64,000 bases of DNA, taken from assembly GCA_951406725.2 (NCBI GenBank), contig OX597816.1, positions 115,010,001-115,074,000 of the forward strand. The letters are read 5' to 3'. A program made the translations under genes and the position numbers. Each line of letters begins with the position of its first letter. Position 1 is the stretch's first letter. Positions 28,754-41,606 of this stretch are shown in pieces. The notes beneath the pieces are model-generated. The model searched no databases. It saw only the letters and a list, made by a program, of their open reading frames with translations, and was not told the origin of the DNA. Source of the DNA: Octopus vulgaris (Eukaryota).

Positions 28754-29010
28754 CATTATTATTGTTGCTGTTGTTGTTCTTGTTATTATTATTTTTATTA
28801 TTATTATTATTACAATTACTGAGAGAGCAGTGCATGCCATCAAAGTGACACTGCCTTTCCCAACTATGTGGTTGGGAAGTAAGCTTCTTACCACACAGCC
28901 ATGCCTGCACCTGTTTACATTCTGAGTTTGAATCCTGTCATGTTTTTTGTCCCAAGGTGAGAGATTTAATTCAAATGAAGTATTTAAAGTTTTCTAACTG
29001 TTACCCATCT

Positions 29011-29234
29011 ACATTATTTGCATTATTTACATTCAACGGATATTTGTCCTCATCTTGTTAGTTGTTAACAAAACATTTCGGCTGATATACCCTCCAGCCT
29101 TCTTTAGGTGTCTTGGGGAAATCATGGCGACGGGCATATGGTGTAGCGGTTAAGAGCATGGGCTGCTAACCCCAAGATTCCGAGTTCGATTCCAAGCAGT
29201 GACCTGAACAACAACAACAATAATAATAATAATG

Positions 29235-29291
<57 letters not shown>

Positions 29292-29468
29292 TCGAAAAAT
29301 ACCTTAGGAATAAGAACCCAGGTTCAAAATTTCCCCAAGACACCTGAAGAAGGTTGGAAGGTATATCAGCCAAAACGTGTTAACAAACAAGACGAGGACA
29401 AATATCTGTCGAATGTAAATAATGTAAATAATGCACATAATTCCTCATCTCTTAAATATAGAACTGTA
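29011..29468 (+). mobile_element. tRNA-headed SINE with hammerhead-containing PLE-like tail and inverted 5' duplication
   Basis: A-box 29139-29149, B-box 29182-29193; inverted repeat 29010-29122 / 29329-29435; TSD TTACCCATCT / TTACCCTTCT. Confidence 0.75.
29339..29382 (+). ncRNA. Degenerate minimal type I hammerhead ribozyme (G12A); inverted twin at ~29067-29112
   Basis: GACAC-CTGAAGA-A-GGTTGG..TCAGCC-aAAA-CGT; the twin keeps GAAA but has CTAAAGA. Confidence 0.6.
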
Positions 29469-29489
29469 TTACCCTTCTGTGGTCAACTG

Positions 29490-30030
29490 ATTGTATTAGA
29501 AATCAGTTGCATCAAGAGAAGCTGATCTCCAATTGTGGAGGGAATGTATGGAATTTGTGGACCCAAGAAGACATGGGTTGAAATGGTGAGAAAGGATCTT
29601 CAGATGTTGGGCTTTACAGAGGAGATGACAGGGAACTGAAACTTCTGGTAGTTTGCTATGCCTGATATGATACCTCATGTTAGGTAAAAATTGTGGTTGT
29701 CCTTGCATACAGTAATGACCCTTACATCCCTCTCCAGCTGAGCATTGCTAATCTTGCAGGCTCAGAGGTGCTGGTGCCATGTAAAAAGCACCTGCACCAG
29801 TGTCATATAAATGCATCCATGCTGGTGCTGCATAAAGGCACCCAATACACTTTGTGAAGTGGTTGGTGTTAGGAAGGGCATCCAACTATAGAAAGCATGC
29901 CAAAGTAGACATGGAACTTGGGCAGCTCTTCAGGTGGCTAACTCCTGTCAAACCGTCCAACTCATGCCAGCATGGAAAATGCACACTAAACAATGATGAG
30001 GATGATGATGATGATGATGATGATGACAAT
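29490..30030 (+). mobile_element. RTE LINE 3' end with (GAT)n tail
   Basis: GPKKTWVEMVRKDLQMLG C-terminal motif; GGTTGGTGTTAGGAAGGGCATCC 3' UTR. Confidence 0.75.
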
Positions 30031-30093
30031 GATTATGCTGGGGAAAGTACTGGATAAAATGCTTTCTGATATTTAACCTTTTCTTACCATATT

Positions 30094-30322
30094 CTTTTCT
30101 ACTCTAGGCACAAAGTCCGAAATTTTTGGGGAGGGAGCCAGTCAATTAGATTGACTCCAGTATGTAACTGGTACTTAATTTATCGACCCCAAAAGGATGA
30201 AAGGCAAAGTCGACCTCAGCAGAATTTGAACTCAGAATGTAAAGACAGATGAAATACCACTAAGCATTTCACCCAGTGTGCTAATGTTTCTGCCAGCTCA
30301 GCGCCTTATTATTATTATTCTT

Positions 30323-30381
<59 letters not shown>

Positions 30382-30402
30382 TAACAATAATAAATAATAA
30401 TG

Positions 30403-30471
<69 letters not shown>

Positions 30472-30682
30472 GTCTGAAATTTGGGGGGAGGCAGCCAGTC
30501 GATTAGATTGATCCCAGTACACAACTGGTACTTAATTTGTCGACCCCAAAAGGATGAAAGGCAAAGTTGACCTCAGCAGAATTTGAACTCAAAATGTAAA
30601 GACAGATGAAATACCGCTAAGCATTTCACCCAGTGTGCTAATGTTTCTGCCAGCTCAGTGCCTTATTATTATCATTATTCTT

Positions 30683-30771
<89 letters not shown>

Positions 30772-30781
30772 CAATAATAAC

Positions 30782-30830
<49 letters not shown>

Positions 30831-31023
30831 GTCTGAAATTTTGGGGGAGGCAGCCAGTCGATTAGATTGATCCCAGTACACAACTGGTACTTAATTTATC
30901 GACCCCAAAAGGACGAAAGGCAAAGTTGACCTCAGCAGAATTTGAACTCAGAATGTAAAGACAGATGAAATACCGCTAAGCATTTCACCCAGTGTGCTAA
31001 CGTTTCTGCCAGCTTGCTGCCTT
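30094..31023 (-). mobile_element. Tandem trimer of Nin-domain SINE units separated by (AAT)n, inside one 17-bp TSD
   Basis: TSD CCTTTTCTTACCATATT at 30077-30093 and 31024-31040; units nearly identical. Confidence 0.88.
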
Positions 31024-31504
31024 CCTTTTCTTACCATATTTACACTCTGCCTTTGTTTCAGTTAATTTTGAAAATAACTAAGAATTTAGTTAAATAACTC
31101 TGCCAGGTTTAAAGCTGTTGTACCAAGAGTAGTGTCAGGTAGGTTAATAACAACACTTTATATCCTATGATCAAATCTTTTGGGGCCAAAATTTGCCTTT
31201 CATCAAATAGCGTCCGATAAAATAAAGTAACAGCCAAGTACAGAGGTTCATGTAATCAGGGAAGTCCATTACTCCATCATCATCATCAGCAGCAGCATCG
31301 CTGGCAGTGGTAGTTGCACCATCATCATCATCATCATCAACAGCAGAAGCATCAATAACAACAGCAACAAGCACTACGCTTATTGTTCCAGCATCATCAC
31401 CATCATAATCAGTATACTCATCATCATCATCCTCATCCCTGTTCCCATCATCGTCAGCATTGTTGTCTTTATTGACACCATAGAGGTAATCATTGAGCTT
31501 GTAA

Positions 31505-31830
<326 letters not shown>

Positions 31831-32854
31831 GTGGCATTAGCAATGTGATCCTTATCATCATTATCTTGATTAATCTTATCTGTTTTCTTTTCTCACCTAC
31901 TTGTGTTTTCATCTCACCCTTCTCTGTCTTATCCACCACCACCACCACCACCACCACCACCTCTTCCTCCTACAACTAAAAGCCTATAAAAGAGGGCTTT
32001 TGGAGAGATTCAAACCCACCATACCCCTCACTGTCCCTGCCACACAACCCCACACCACCACCACCACCACCACCACCACTACTTTGTTCATTCATATTTT
32101 CTTTTTTTGTTTTGGTAAACAGCTGTCTTTTCATGTCTATGAGAATAAGTGCATAAAAAAATGAAAGAACTGATAAAATGCCATCATAAGTGTATTATAT
32201 AACTAACTCCATCACCTTGCTTCCTTTCTCTTTGAGTTCCTTCACACACAGTCACAATGCCTTGCCACAAATATACATCATCACCTCTTTGTGACCCCAA
32301 GCTCCAGAAGTGTGCCAATGTGTTTAACTGTACATATGTGTGTCACAGGGTATGTACTTATGTATATGTGTGTATATATGTATATATATATATATATATA
32401 TAGATATATGCATATGTATGCATATATATACATATATATATAATCATACGTCTATTTGTTTTAGTCATTTGACTGTGGCCATGCTGGAGCACCGTCTTTT
32501 CGCCGAAAAAAAATCAACCCCAGGACTTATTCTTTGTAAACCTAATACTTATTTCATCACCCTCTTTTGCCAAACTGTTAAGTTATGGGGACATAAACAC
32601 AGACACATAAGCATACACACACACACACACACACAATATATATATATATAATATATATATACATATGTATATATGTGTGTGTGTTTATGTGTCTGTGTTT
32701 ATGTCCCCATAACTTAACAGTTTGAAAGTGATGAAATAGTATTAGGCTTACAATACTAATACTTATTTCATCACCCTCTAATACTAATACTTATTTCATC
32801 ACCCTCTTTTGCCAAACTGTTAAGTTATGGGGACATAAACACAGACACATACAT

Positions 32855-33361
<507 letters not shown>

Positions 33362-34050
33362 CTCTCTCTATAGTCTGTGTCTTTCTCTTTCCTTGCTTCT
33401 GATTCTTCCCCCACTCTTATTTGCACCGTCATTTCTATTGCTAAGCCAATCCTGTTTCTTCTCCCCTCTTTGATTCCTTCCTTCTCTCTCTCTCCCCCCT
33501 GGTGCCTTCGTCCCTTTCTTTCTCTCACTCTTTGATTCCTTGCTCCCTGCTTTTCTTTTTCTTTCTCTTTCTTCCGTGCTCTCACATGACCGCATTCAAA
33601 TCGGTCTTTTCGGCTTGACCGCTGCCATGTTAACGTTTGTTTTCGTTTTGCCGCAAAGGCATTTTTCAAATACGCCAGCCAAGATAAGTTAAAAATTGTC
33701 CAAAGTCGTAAGACGCCCGCTGTTTTTGTCCTGCTTACCATTCTTGTTTTTTTATTTCTATTTCTTGTTTCTTGTATTTATATTCGTGTGGCATCATGTC
33801 TTTGTTTCGTATACATTCGATCTTCTTTCCAAGAAATCTAATGCCTGTGGCTTAGTTTTTCCTTGGGGCTGGCCAGTTCGGAGTGATATCGAGATTAAAC
33901 AGCCGAAATTGCTAAGATGATCTGGTTCCGACTGAAGATTAGAGGCTTCGAGTTACCCGTCTGTTTTTTTTGTGTCGTCTCCTTGTGTGTTTTTGCGTTC
34001 TTGTCCTACCTTGTAATTTATATTTTATATTTAATTTCTATACAGATATG

Positions 34051-34148
<98 letters not shown>

Positions 34149-34196
34149 GATAAATATCAAAAGTGAGTTATATACAGTAGCAGTAACACATCATGA

Positions 34197-34481
34197 GACG
34201 TATATTTGCCATTTCAATATGGCTACCCCTAAGGGTGGATGCTACTATGTGACAACTATGTGACAACTATGATTGTCACACGCTGACGAGAGGTCAATAC
34301 CTCGAAACTCGAGTCCATGTGTATCATAAGTTGAAGACGGGAAGGATGGCTTCCCTTTGCAAATACTGATAGGGCACAGAAAGTGTGTCTATGGCCAGCT
34401 GGAGGAGTGTGTCCTCCTGGGGCTAAAAACTACAGTAGCATCCACCCTTAGGGGTAGCCATATTGAAATGGCAAATATACG

Positions 34482-34483
<2 letters not shown>
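34197..34483 (+). mobile_element. Short non-coding hammerhead-bearing element with perfect 50-bp inverted ends, between (TA)n tracts
   Basis: 34197-34246 is the exact reverse complement of 34434-34483. Confidence 0.8.
34264..34333 (+). ncRNA. Minimal type I hammerhead ribozyme with intact catalytic core
   Basis: CACACG-CTGACGA-GAGGT caat ACCTC-GAAA-CTCGAG-TC^CATGTG; palindromic helix III ACTCGAGT; GUC cleavage after 34315; distal helix I CAACTATGAT / ATCATAAGTTG. Confidence 0.88.
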
Positions 34484-34557
<74 letters not shown>

Positions 34558-34584
34558 TATGTATTTATATATATATATGTATAT

Positions 34585-34880
34585 ATCAGGTCATCCCATA
34601 AATAATGTCTGAAATCTCTCGTATGTAATTTCTGTTAAATTTTCACAGTATTCTAAAATATCAAATGGTTTTGATTGATACCCATATAAATTTGGTAACC
34701 TTTAATGTAATATGATTTTTTTTTACAGAATAATCTGACTGAATTAATTACTAATATTAACTCATCAAAGATGGATATATTGAAGGAGCATTTAAGATAC
34801 ACAATGCTTTGTGAGTTCAAAAAGGGAAACACTGCAGTATAAGCAACCTGAAATATCCATTCTGTATGTGGGGAAGAGTT
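34585..34880 (+). mobile_element. Mariner 5' fragment
   Basis: TA-TCAGGTCATCCCATAAATAATG terminus; MDILKEHLRYTMLCEFKKGNTA..NIHSVCGEE N-terminal region. Confidence 0.7.
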
Positions 34881-34889
34881 TCCAAATTC

Positions 34890-35417
34890 CGTGTAATCAG
34901 TCCACTTATGCGTGCCTTTCCTTCATTGGACACTAAACTCTGCTTGCAAAGACCTGTTGAGGCAAGTGAAATTGGAATCGAAATTAAATTCGATGACTGG
35001 CATCCGTGCTAGTGGAGTGCTAAGAGAACCATACGAGTGAGATCAGTGCCAGAGCAACAAGCTGGCCTCCATGCCGATGGCATGTTAAAAACACCATTCG
35101 AGCATGATCATTACCTGTGTCGCCTTACTAGCACTTGTGCTGGTGGCACATGAAAAAAACATTTGAGCGAGGTCGTTGCCAGTGTCGCTGGACTGGCTCC
35201 TGTGCAGGCGGCACATAACAAGCACCTTTCAAGCATGGCCGTTGCCAGTACCACTACACTCTCGGAGTGGTTGGCATTAGGAAAGGCATCCAGCTGTAGA
35301 AGCTCTGCCAGATGAAGATTTGAGTCTGGTGCAGCCATCTGGTTCGCCAGACCTCAGTCAAATCGTCCAACCCATGCTAGCAGGGAAAGTGGACGTAAAC
35401 GATGATGATGATGATGA
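34890..35417 (+). mobile_element. RTE-related 3' element with (GAT)n tail
   Basis: Homologous in opposite orientation to 43731-44400. Confidence 0.75.
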
Positions 35418-35945
35418 CTGCAAAACATAATATTTAAGAAAATTCCACCCCAACATACTTAGTAGTATCAACTAAATACATAGATAAGAAATCTAAGTCT
35501 ATGTAGAATTTTTCACAAATTTATTCTTTTGTATCCTCAATCATTAGCTGTACCCGGAGGTAATACAAATAGATGTAAATTTCTTACATACTTTTACCTT
35601 TGTTAAAAATCTTACATTAGACAAAGAACACTAGTACTATTACTTCACTAATAGTACACATGGCAAAAAATTTTAAGTTTGGCTGCTGATTACCAGTAGA
35701 CATACCTATAAGTTCACTAAAAGATATTTGTCTGTATTTGGGAAATTGTATCTCCTACTGATGTAGTATTATTCTTCTCTTTAACCCTTTAGCATTGAAG
35801 CTAGTGGTTCTCATAACATTTTCAGATTTTTACCAGTGATAATATGCATCAAATACACTCCATCAATTTTTTTTCTTATAAAAAACAAATTAAGTATTTC
35901 AAAAATTTCTTTATAAACTATTTTATGCTACAATTTGAGAAATAT

Positions 35946-36597
35946 TGATTTCTAATTTTGGCACAAGACCAGCAATTTCAGGTTGGGGGAGTAAATCAAA
36001 TTCATCGTTCTCAATGTTAGCCCCTAAAAGATAAAAAGCAGAGTTGACCTCAGCAGATTTTGAACTCAGGGTGTGGAGACAAACGAAATGCCACTAAGCA
36101 CTTTGCCTGATATGCTAACAATTCTGCCAACTTGCTTTATAATTTGAGAAATATCTGTTTCAAATTTTTTATTACAGTAACTTCGAGGGAGGGGATAAGG
36201 CATTTACAAAGACCCCAGTGTTCAAATGGTATTTAATTTATCGATCCTGAATGGATAAAAGGCAAAAATCAACATTGATAGAATTTGAACTCACAATATA
36301 ATGATGGACAAAATGCTGTTAAGTGTATTGCCTGGCATGCTAACAATTCTGCTTGCTTGCTACCTTATAATTTGAGAAATATTCTTCTCTGCTCTAGGCA
36401 CAAGGCCCAAAATTTTGGTGGAGGGGACCAGGTGATTATATCAACCTCAGTACACAACTGGTACTTAATTTATCAACTTCAAAGGGTTGAAGGGCAAAGT
36501 TGACCTTGGCAGAATTTGAACTCTGAACGTAAAGATAGACGAAATAGCACTAAGCATTTCACCCAGCATGCTAATGTCTCTACCAGCTTGCCACCTT
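35946..36597 (-). mobile_element. Three divergent Nin-domain SINEs separated by a repeated 14-bp target sequence
   Basis: AATTTGAGAAATAT at 35932, 36141, 36369 and 36600. Confidence 0.85.
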
Positions 36598-37475
36598 ATA
36601 ATTTGAGAAATATTGACAAGATTTATCTACTTTGTATGTATTTAAAGATCTATTTTATGAATCTACATAGGCAAGATGAAGATTTTCATAACAATGGTGT
36701 AGAACCCTAATAGCTGAAAATTTATTTTATATTTACATTGTTAAATTCTCACACCATTAAGTGTCTCCAGATTTCTGGGTGAATTGCCATCATTCAAAAT
36801 CTCTGTATGTCATTTATGCACAGCAATATATGTTTTGATAAAAAGATAAGCTGGTGGCTCTGTAAGGTTAGGCATCTGTAAGGTTAGGAGTAAGATTATT
36901 TGTAAGAATTTATTTTGTTCTTTAGCATGTAATTTTTGAATTCTACTGGATGCTCACACTCACTCCTCATCAAATAAAATGAAAAGGGGATTTATTTTGG
37001 GTATGGGTCATCTCATCATATAACAGATTGTATTGAATTATATGGTACCAGTAGCATGTATAAACTGACCTGTTAGTGAGTATAACTGTTCAGATCAACT
37101 CCACCTACTTGCCCCAGTTATTTATTTTATTTACTCCTATGAATACATATAGAAACGTGCACACACAGACACACACATATATTTGTGTGCATGTGTGTTT
37201 GTGTTGTAAACAATAGAGTAAAATAGTCAATATGTGTATAAGAGTTTATTCATTCAAAGCTGATGAACCACTTCATTGCTACTTTACATTTCTTGCCTTT
37301 TGTTCTAATAAAAGAGAATACGTCTATGTTCCACATATAAAGAATATTAAATCTGCATACATTTTTGTCAAGTAAACCATTTAAAAGAAAATCTAGAGAT
37401 TTATACAAACTTTCTCACACACAAAAGAATATATAAGAATATATGAATATGTTTGCATGAATGTGCGTGTGTGAA

Positions 37476-37519
<44 letters not shown>

Positions 37520-38049
37520 CGTGCGTGTGTGTGTGTGTAAGTATGCATGTATATATAAATATATCACCATTGTCTTCATCACTGTCTTACTGTTCCTTTT
37601 CCCATGCTTGTATGTGTCTGGCCAAACTTGTTGAGGTAGATTTTTGATGGTCAGATGGTCTTCCTGTTGCCAGCCTTCACTTGTTTTCAAGCAAGGTACT
37701 ACTTCCTCTAATCCTCTAACCATGAACAGCTCAATGCCTGGACATGTTTTCGTGGAAGATTCCAGACAAGTGACAACATTTTTGTATGAATGATGACTTT
37801 GTTTACAACTAACTCATAAATGTCTTGGCAAAAAGACACAAACACTTTCTAACACACATACACACACATGCATGCACACACATACATGGTCACATTGTTC
37901 TTCCCTGCTTTGTCAAGCTAATTCACTTAAAAGACATTGGTTAACTTGAAACTATAGTAGAAAACAATTATAGATGAAAGTCCGTTGTTGTGAAATGAAC
38001 TTCTTAACCAGACAGCCACATCTGTTCTAATATATATGTGTGTGTGTAT

Positions 38050-38495
38050 AAGGTGGTGAGCTGGCAGAATCGTTAGCACATCAGGCAAAATGCTTAGCTG
38101 TATTTCATCTGCTGTTACGTTCTGAGTTCAAATTCTGCCGAGGTTGACTTTGCCTTTCATCCTTTCTTTCTTTTCTTTATCTAGTTTCAGTTCATGAGCT
38201 GTGGCCATGCTGGGGGTCGATAAATTAAGTACCAGTTACACACTGGTGTCAATGTAATCGACTTAAACCCTTTGTCTGTCCTTGTTTGTCCCCTTTATGT
38301 TTAGCCCCTTGTGGACAATAAAGAAATAAGAATCGTAAGTAAACGGGATAAAATGCTTTGTGGCATTTCGTCCATCTTCATGTTCTTTCTGCATTCAAAT
38401 GCTGCTGGGGTTAACTTTGCCTTTCATTCTTTTGGGCTCGATAAAATAAGTACCAGTTGAAATTGCTGGTCTTATGCCAAAATTCGAAAGCAATA
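38050..38495 (+). mobile_element. Composite of Nin-domain SINEs
   Basis: Head at 38050; second headless unit from ~38330. Confidence 0.8.
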
Positions 38496-40258
38496 TATAT
38501 GTATGTGTATGTGTGTGGATAGTGTTTCAGTTAAGCTATTTATTTATGAAAATATTTCAGTATTCTTGTGAATAGAAAGAATGGTAGATCTCCAATAAAT
38601 CATGACCAAAACCTGATCTTGATTCATGTTTAAGTAATTTTGCTTCACTCACAATGCTAGTGCCCAAAGGACAAAGATGAACATCACAAAATCAATTTTC
38701 TCCCCATTTCTAAAATATATCATCTTTTTGTTGTAGTCAATAGAAACTAATAGAATAATTTTGACTCTTTATTTAAAATTTGTTTTAAGAATATATTTTG
38801 TCTAAGGAAATAGTGACATATTGTTTTCCCCCTCCCCTGCTCATTTTTTTTTCTTATCTTGCTAAACGTTTGCTGTGATGTAAGGATTTCTACATGTCTT
38901 TTAACAAGGTTGGTGAGGGGTTATACCAAATGACAATAAAGTCAAATTGAGAATTTGCTCACAATTTGTTTTGCCTGAAGCTGAATTTTAAATTGAGAAA
39001 AAAAAAAGAAGAAAAAAATTAAATATATATAAAATAAATAAATAAAAGAGGAACCTGATGTAAATGTGTGTGTCCTGTTTAATGAAGTAAATACACTTTA
39101 TCAATTAGAACATTTTCATTACAGAATAATTATATATTGTGTGAAATTTTGTTGTCTAGAAATAAGAAGGGTAGAAAAAAATAGATAAAAAGTCCATTAT
39201 TTCTCCAGTCTGTTTTTGAAATTCTTCCTTAAATTAACAAAAACTTTTTAAAAAGTTAAAAGGAAAACCTCTTTTTATTTTAAAACTCTCCATTTCTCTC
39301 TCTCTCCTTCTGCATCCTACCTCTCTCTTCCTTCCTTCCTGTCTGTTTCTATCTCTCTTTCTCTCACACTCACTCTTTTTCTCACTTTCTCTCTCTCACT
39401 CTCTGCCACTCTCTCTTACTCTCTGCCACTGTCTCTCACTCTCTACCACTCTCCCTCTCTAAATTTCAGCTTTTTATTTCATTTGATTTTTCTGATTTTT
39501 CTGGTTAAAGTAATTTTATTGTTTAATTTTGAACAGAATGTGCTTTGATAACGCATCTTAAAGCGGTTACTTTAAAATTACGTATATATTTTCTCAGCAA
39601 TTTAAATACTTAAAAGAACTTAATAAATTTCAAATGAAAACGTATATGTATGTGAGTATATGTATATATATGTGTGCGTGTGTATACATACATACGTACA
39701 TATGTACAAACATATATATATATATATATATATATATAAGTGTGTGTGTGTGTGTGATCGTTGATTTTGGCATCACCGTATGATTGTTGTTGATGCTATC
39801 AAGTCTTTTAAAGAAAGTGTGTTTTATTAATCAGTATTTAAAAAAATTTTGTTAATAAAAACCGAGCATGTTTTCTTAATTGTAATAACTTCTTTTAAAC
39901 AATCTAAAAACATTACTACAATTAAGAAATCATGCATTGTTTTATAGTGTTATTTTTCCCTTATAATCTCTCAACACACGGGTATTGTACATAGATGCAT
40001 ACATATATTGTTGTATTTTGGGATGGTCATTTTTTCTTTTTTTTTGCCAAATAAACACACATACTACATATTTTTACTTAACTCGTTTATTACTGTTCTT
40101 ATTTTATTATCTTAACTCATGTCCATTGTCCAGAAATCCTTCATCACACATCTGTGATTTTTCGTTTTCATATGTGTTCTTGCTAAATTTACTCCATTCT
40201 GAGTTAAAATAATAACATAAGAACAGTAAAAAATGATTGAAGAAAAATATATGTATAT

Positions 40259-40481
40259 ATTTCTTTATTGCCCACAGGGGGCTAAACATAGAAAGGACAG
40301 ACAAAGGGTTTAAGTCGATTACATCAACACCAGTACATAACTGGTACCTATTTAATCGACCCTGAAAGGATGAAAGGTAAAGTCGACCATGGCAGAGTTT
40401 GAACTCATACCGTAATGGCAGGCAAAATACCGCTAAGCATTTCGTTTGGTTTGCTAATGATTCTGCCAGCTCACTGCCCTT
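40259..40481 (-). mobile_element. tRNA/Nin-domain SINE
   Basis: Core, B-box and TGTTTAGCCCC tail on the reverse complement. Confidence 0.82.
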
Positions 40482-40627
40482 GAAGAAAGAATATATACTG
40501 CGTGTGTTTATTTGGCAAAAAAAAATGACCATCCTGAAATACAACAATATCTGTTTCAATACACAATTTCATACTAGGAATCTTGCAACATAAACTGATA
40601 TATATATGTGTATGTGTGTGTGTTTGC

Positions 40628-40659
<32 letters not shown>

Positions 40660-40703
40660 GTATATAAGTATATATATATATATATACACATATATATGTA
40701 TAT

Positions 40704-40734
<31 letters not shown>

Positions 40735-40769
40735 AAATGTATATATATATATATATATATAAGTATATG

Positions 40770-40877
<108 letters not shown>

Positions 40878-40925
40878 GTATATATATATATATGTATGTA
40901 TATATGTATACACACGTATATATAT

Positions 40926-41092
40926 GTTCTCTAGATGCGGGCCTAGCTGCTGGGGGTGTTTGTCTCTCCTTCGTAAATATATAAGGACACAGTAAATGTG
41001 TCGAAGCTGACAGGAAGCGTTCGGTGCTTCCTAGGGCTAAGCAGCGGTGGTGTAATCCCCTACTGTCACGTTAAATTGACTGTATGCAGCTA
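40926..41092 (+). mobile_element. CpG-rich structured insertion in (TA)n, homologous to the post-hammerhead part of 34329-34450
   Basis: Shared hairpins GACACA/TGTGTC and GGAAGC/GCTTCC, and T(A/G)GGGCTAA. Confidence 0.6.
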
Positions 41093-41176
41093 TTATATAT
41101 ATACACACACACATATATATATATATATATACATATATATATGTAGATATGTATACATATATATATGTATGCATAT

Positions 41177-41248
<72 letters not shown>

Positions 41249-41542
41249 GTATACATATATACACACAGTACATACATTCCTACCAAGTACTACTGTAAAC
41301 AACAAAAGTAAGCTATAATGTTAAAACTTAGCGTGCATGCACAGCAGAGTTCAAGGTCAATGTTTGCCAAATGGCTTCACTCTGTGTGCTTTAGCTTTGT
41401 TACTATAGCAACAGTCCGGATACTTATTGATCAGACCTCGAATATGTATATATATATATATGTATGTATATATATATATGTATGTATATATGTATATATG
41501 TATATATGTATATATATATATATATATACATATGTATATATG

Positions 41543-41605
<63 letters not shown>

Positions 41606-41606
<1 letters not shown>

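Noticed and set aside
29132-29203. tRNA-Ser(GCT)-like sequence as a real tRNA gene
   Set aside because: Poor acceptor stem, no long variable arm, no oligo-T terminator; it is a SINE head
33926-33962. CTGAAGA core in the CpG-rich insert
   Set aside because: No GAAA following a helix II, so not a hammerhead
35932-36613. CRISPR-like repeat-spacer appearance
   Set aside because: Eukaryotic DNA, 14-bp repeats, ~200-bp spacers that are SINEs, and no cas genes
40946-41045. HDV-like ribozyme suggested by hairpin followed by GGCTAAG
   Set aside because: No P1/P3/L3/P1.1 nested pseudoknot could be built; kept only as an unassigned motif
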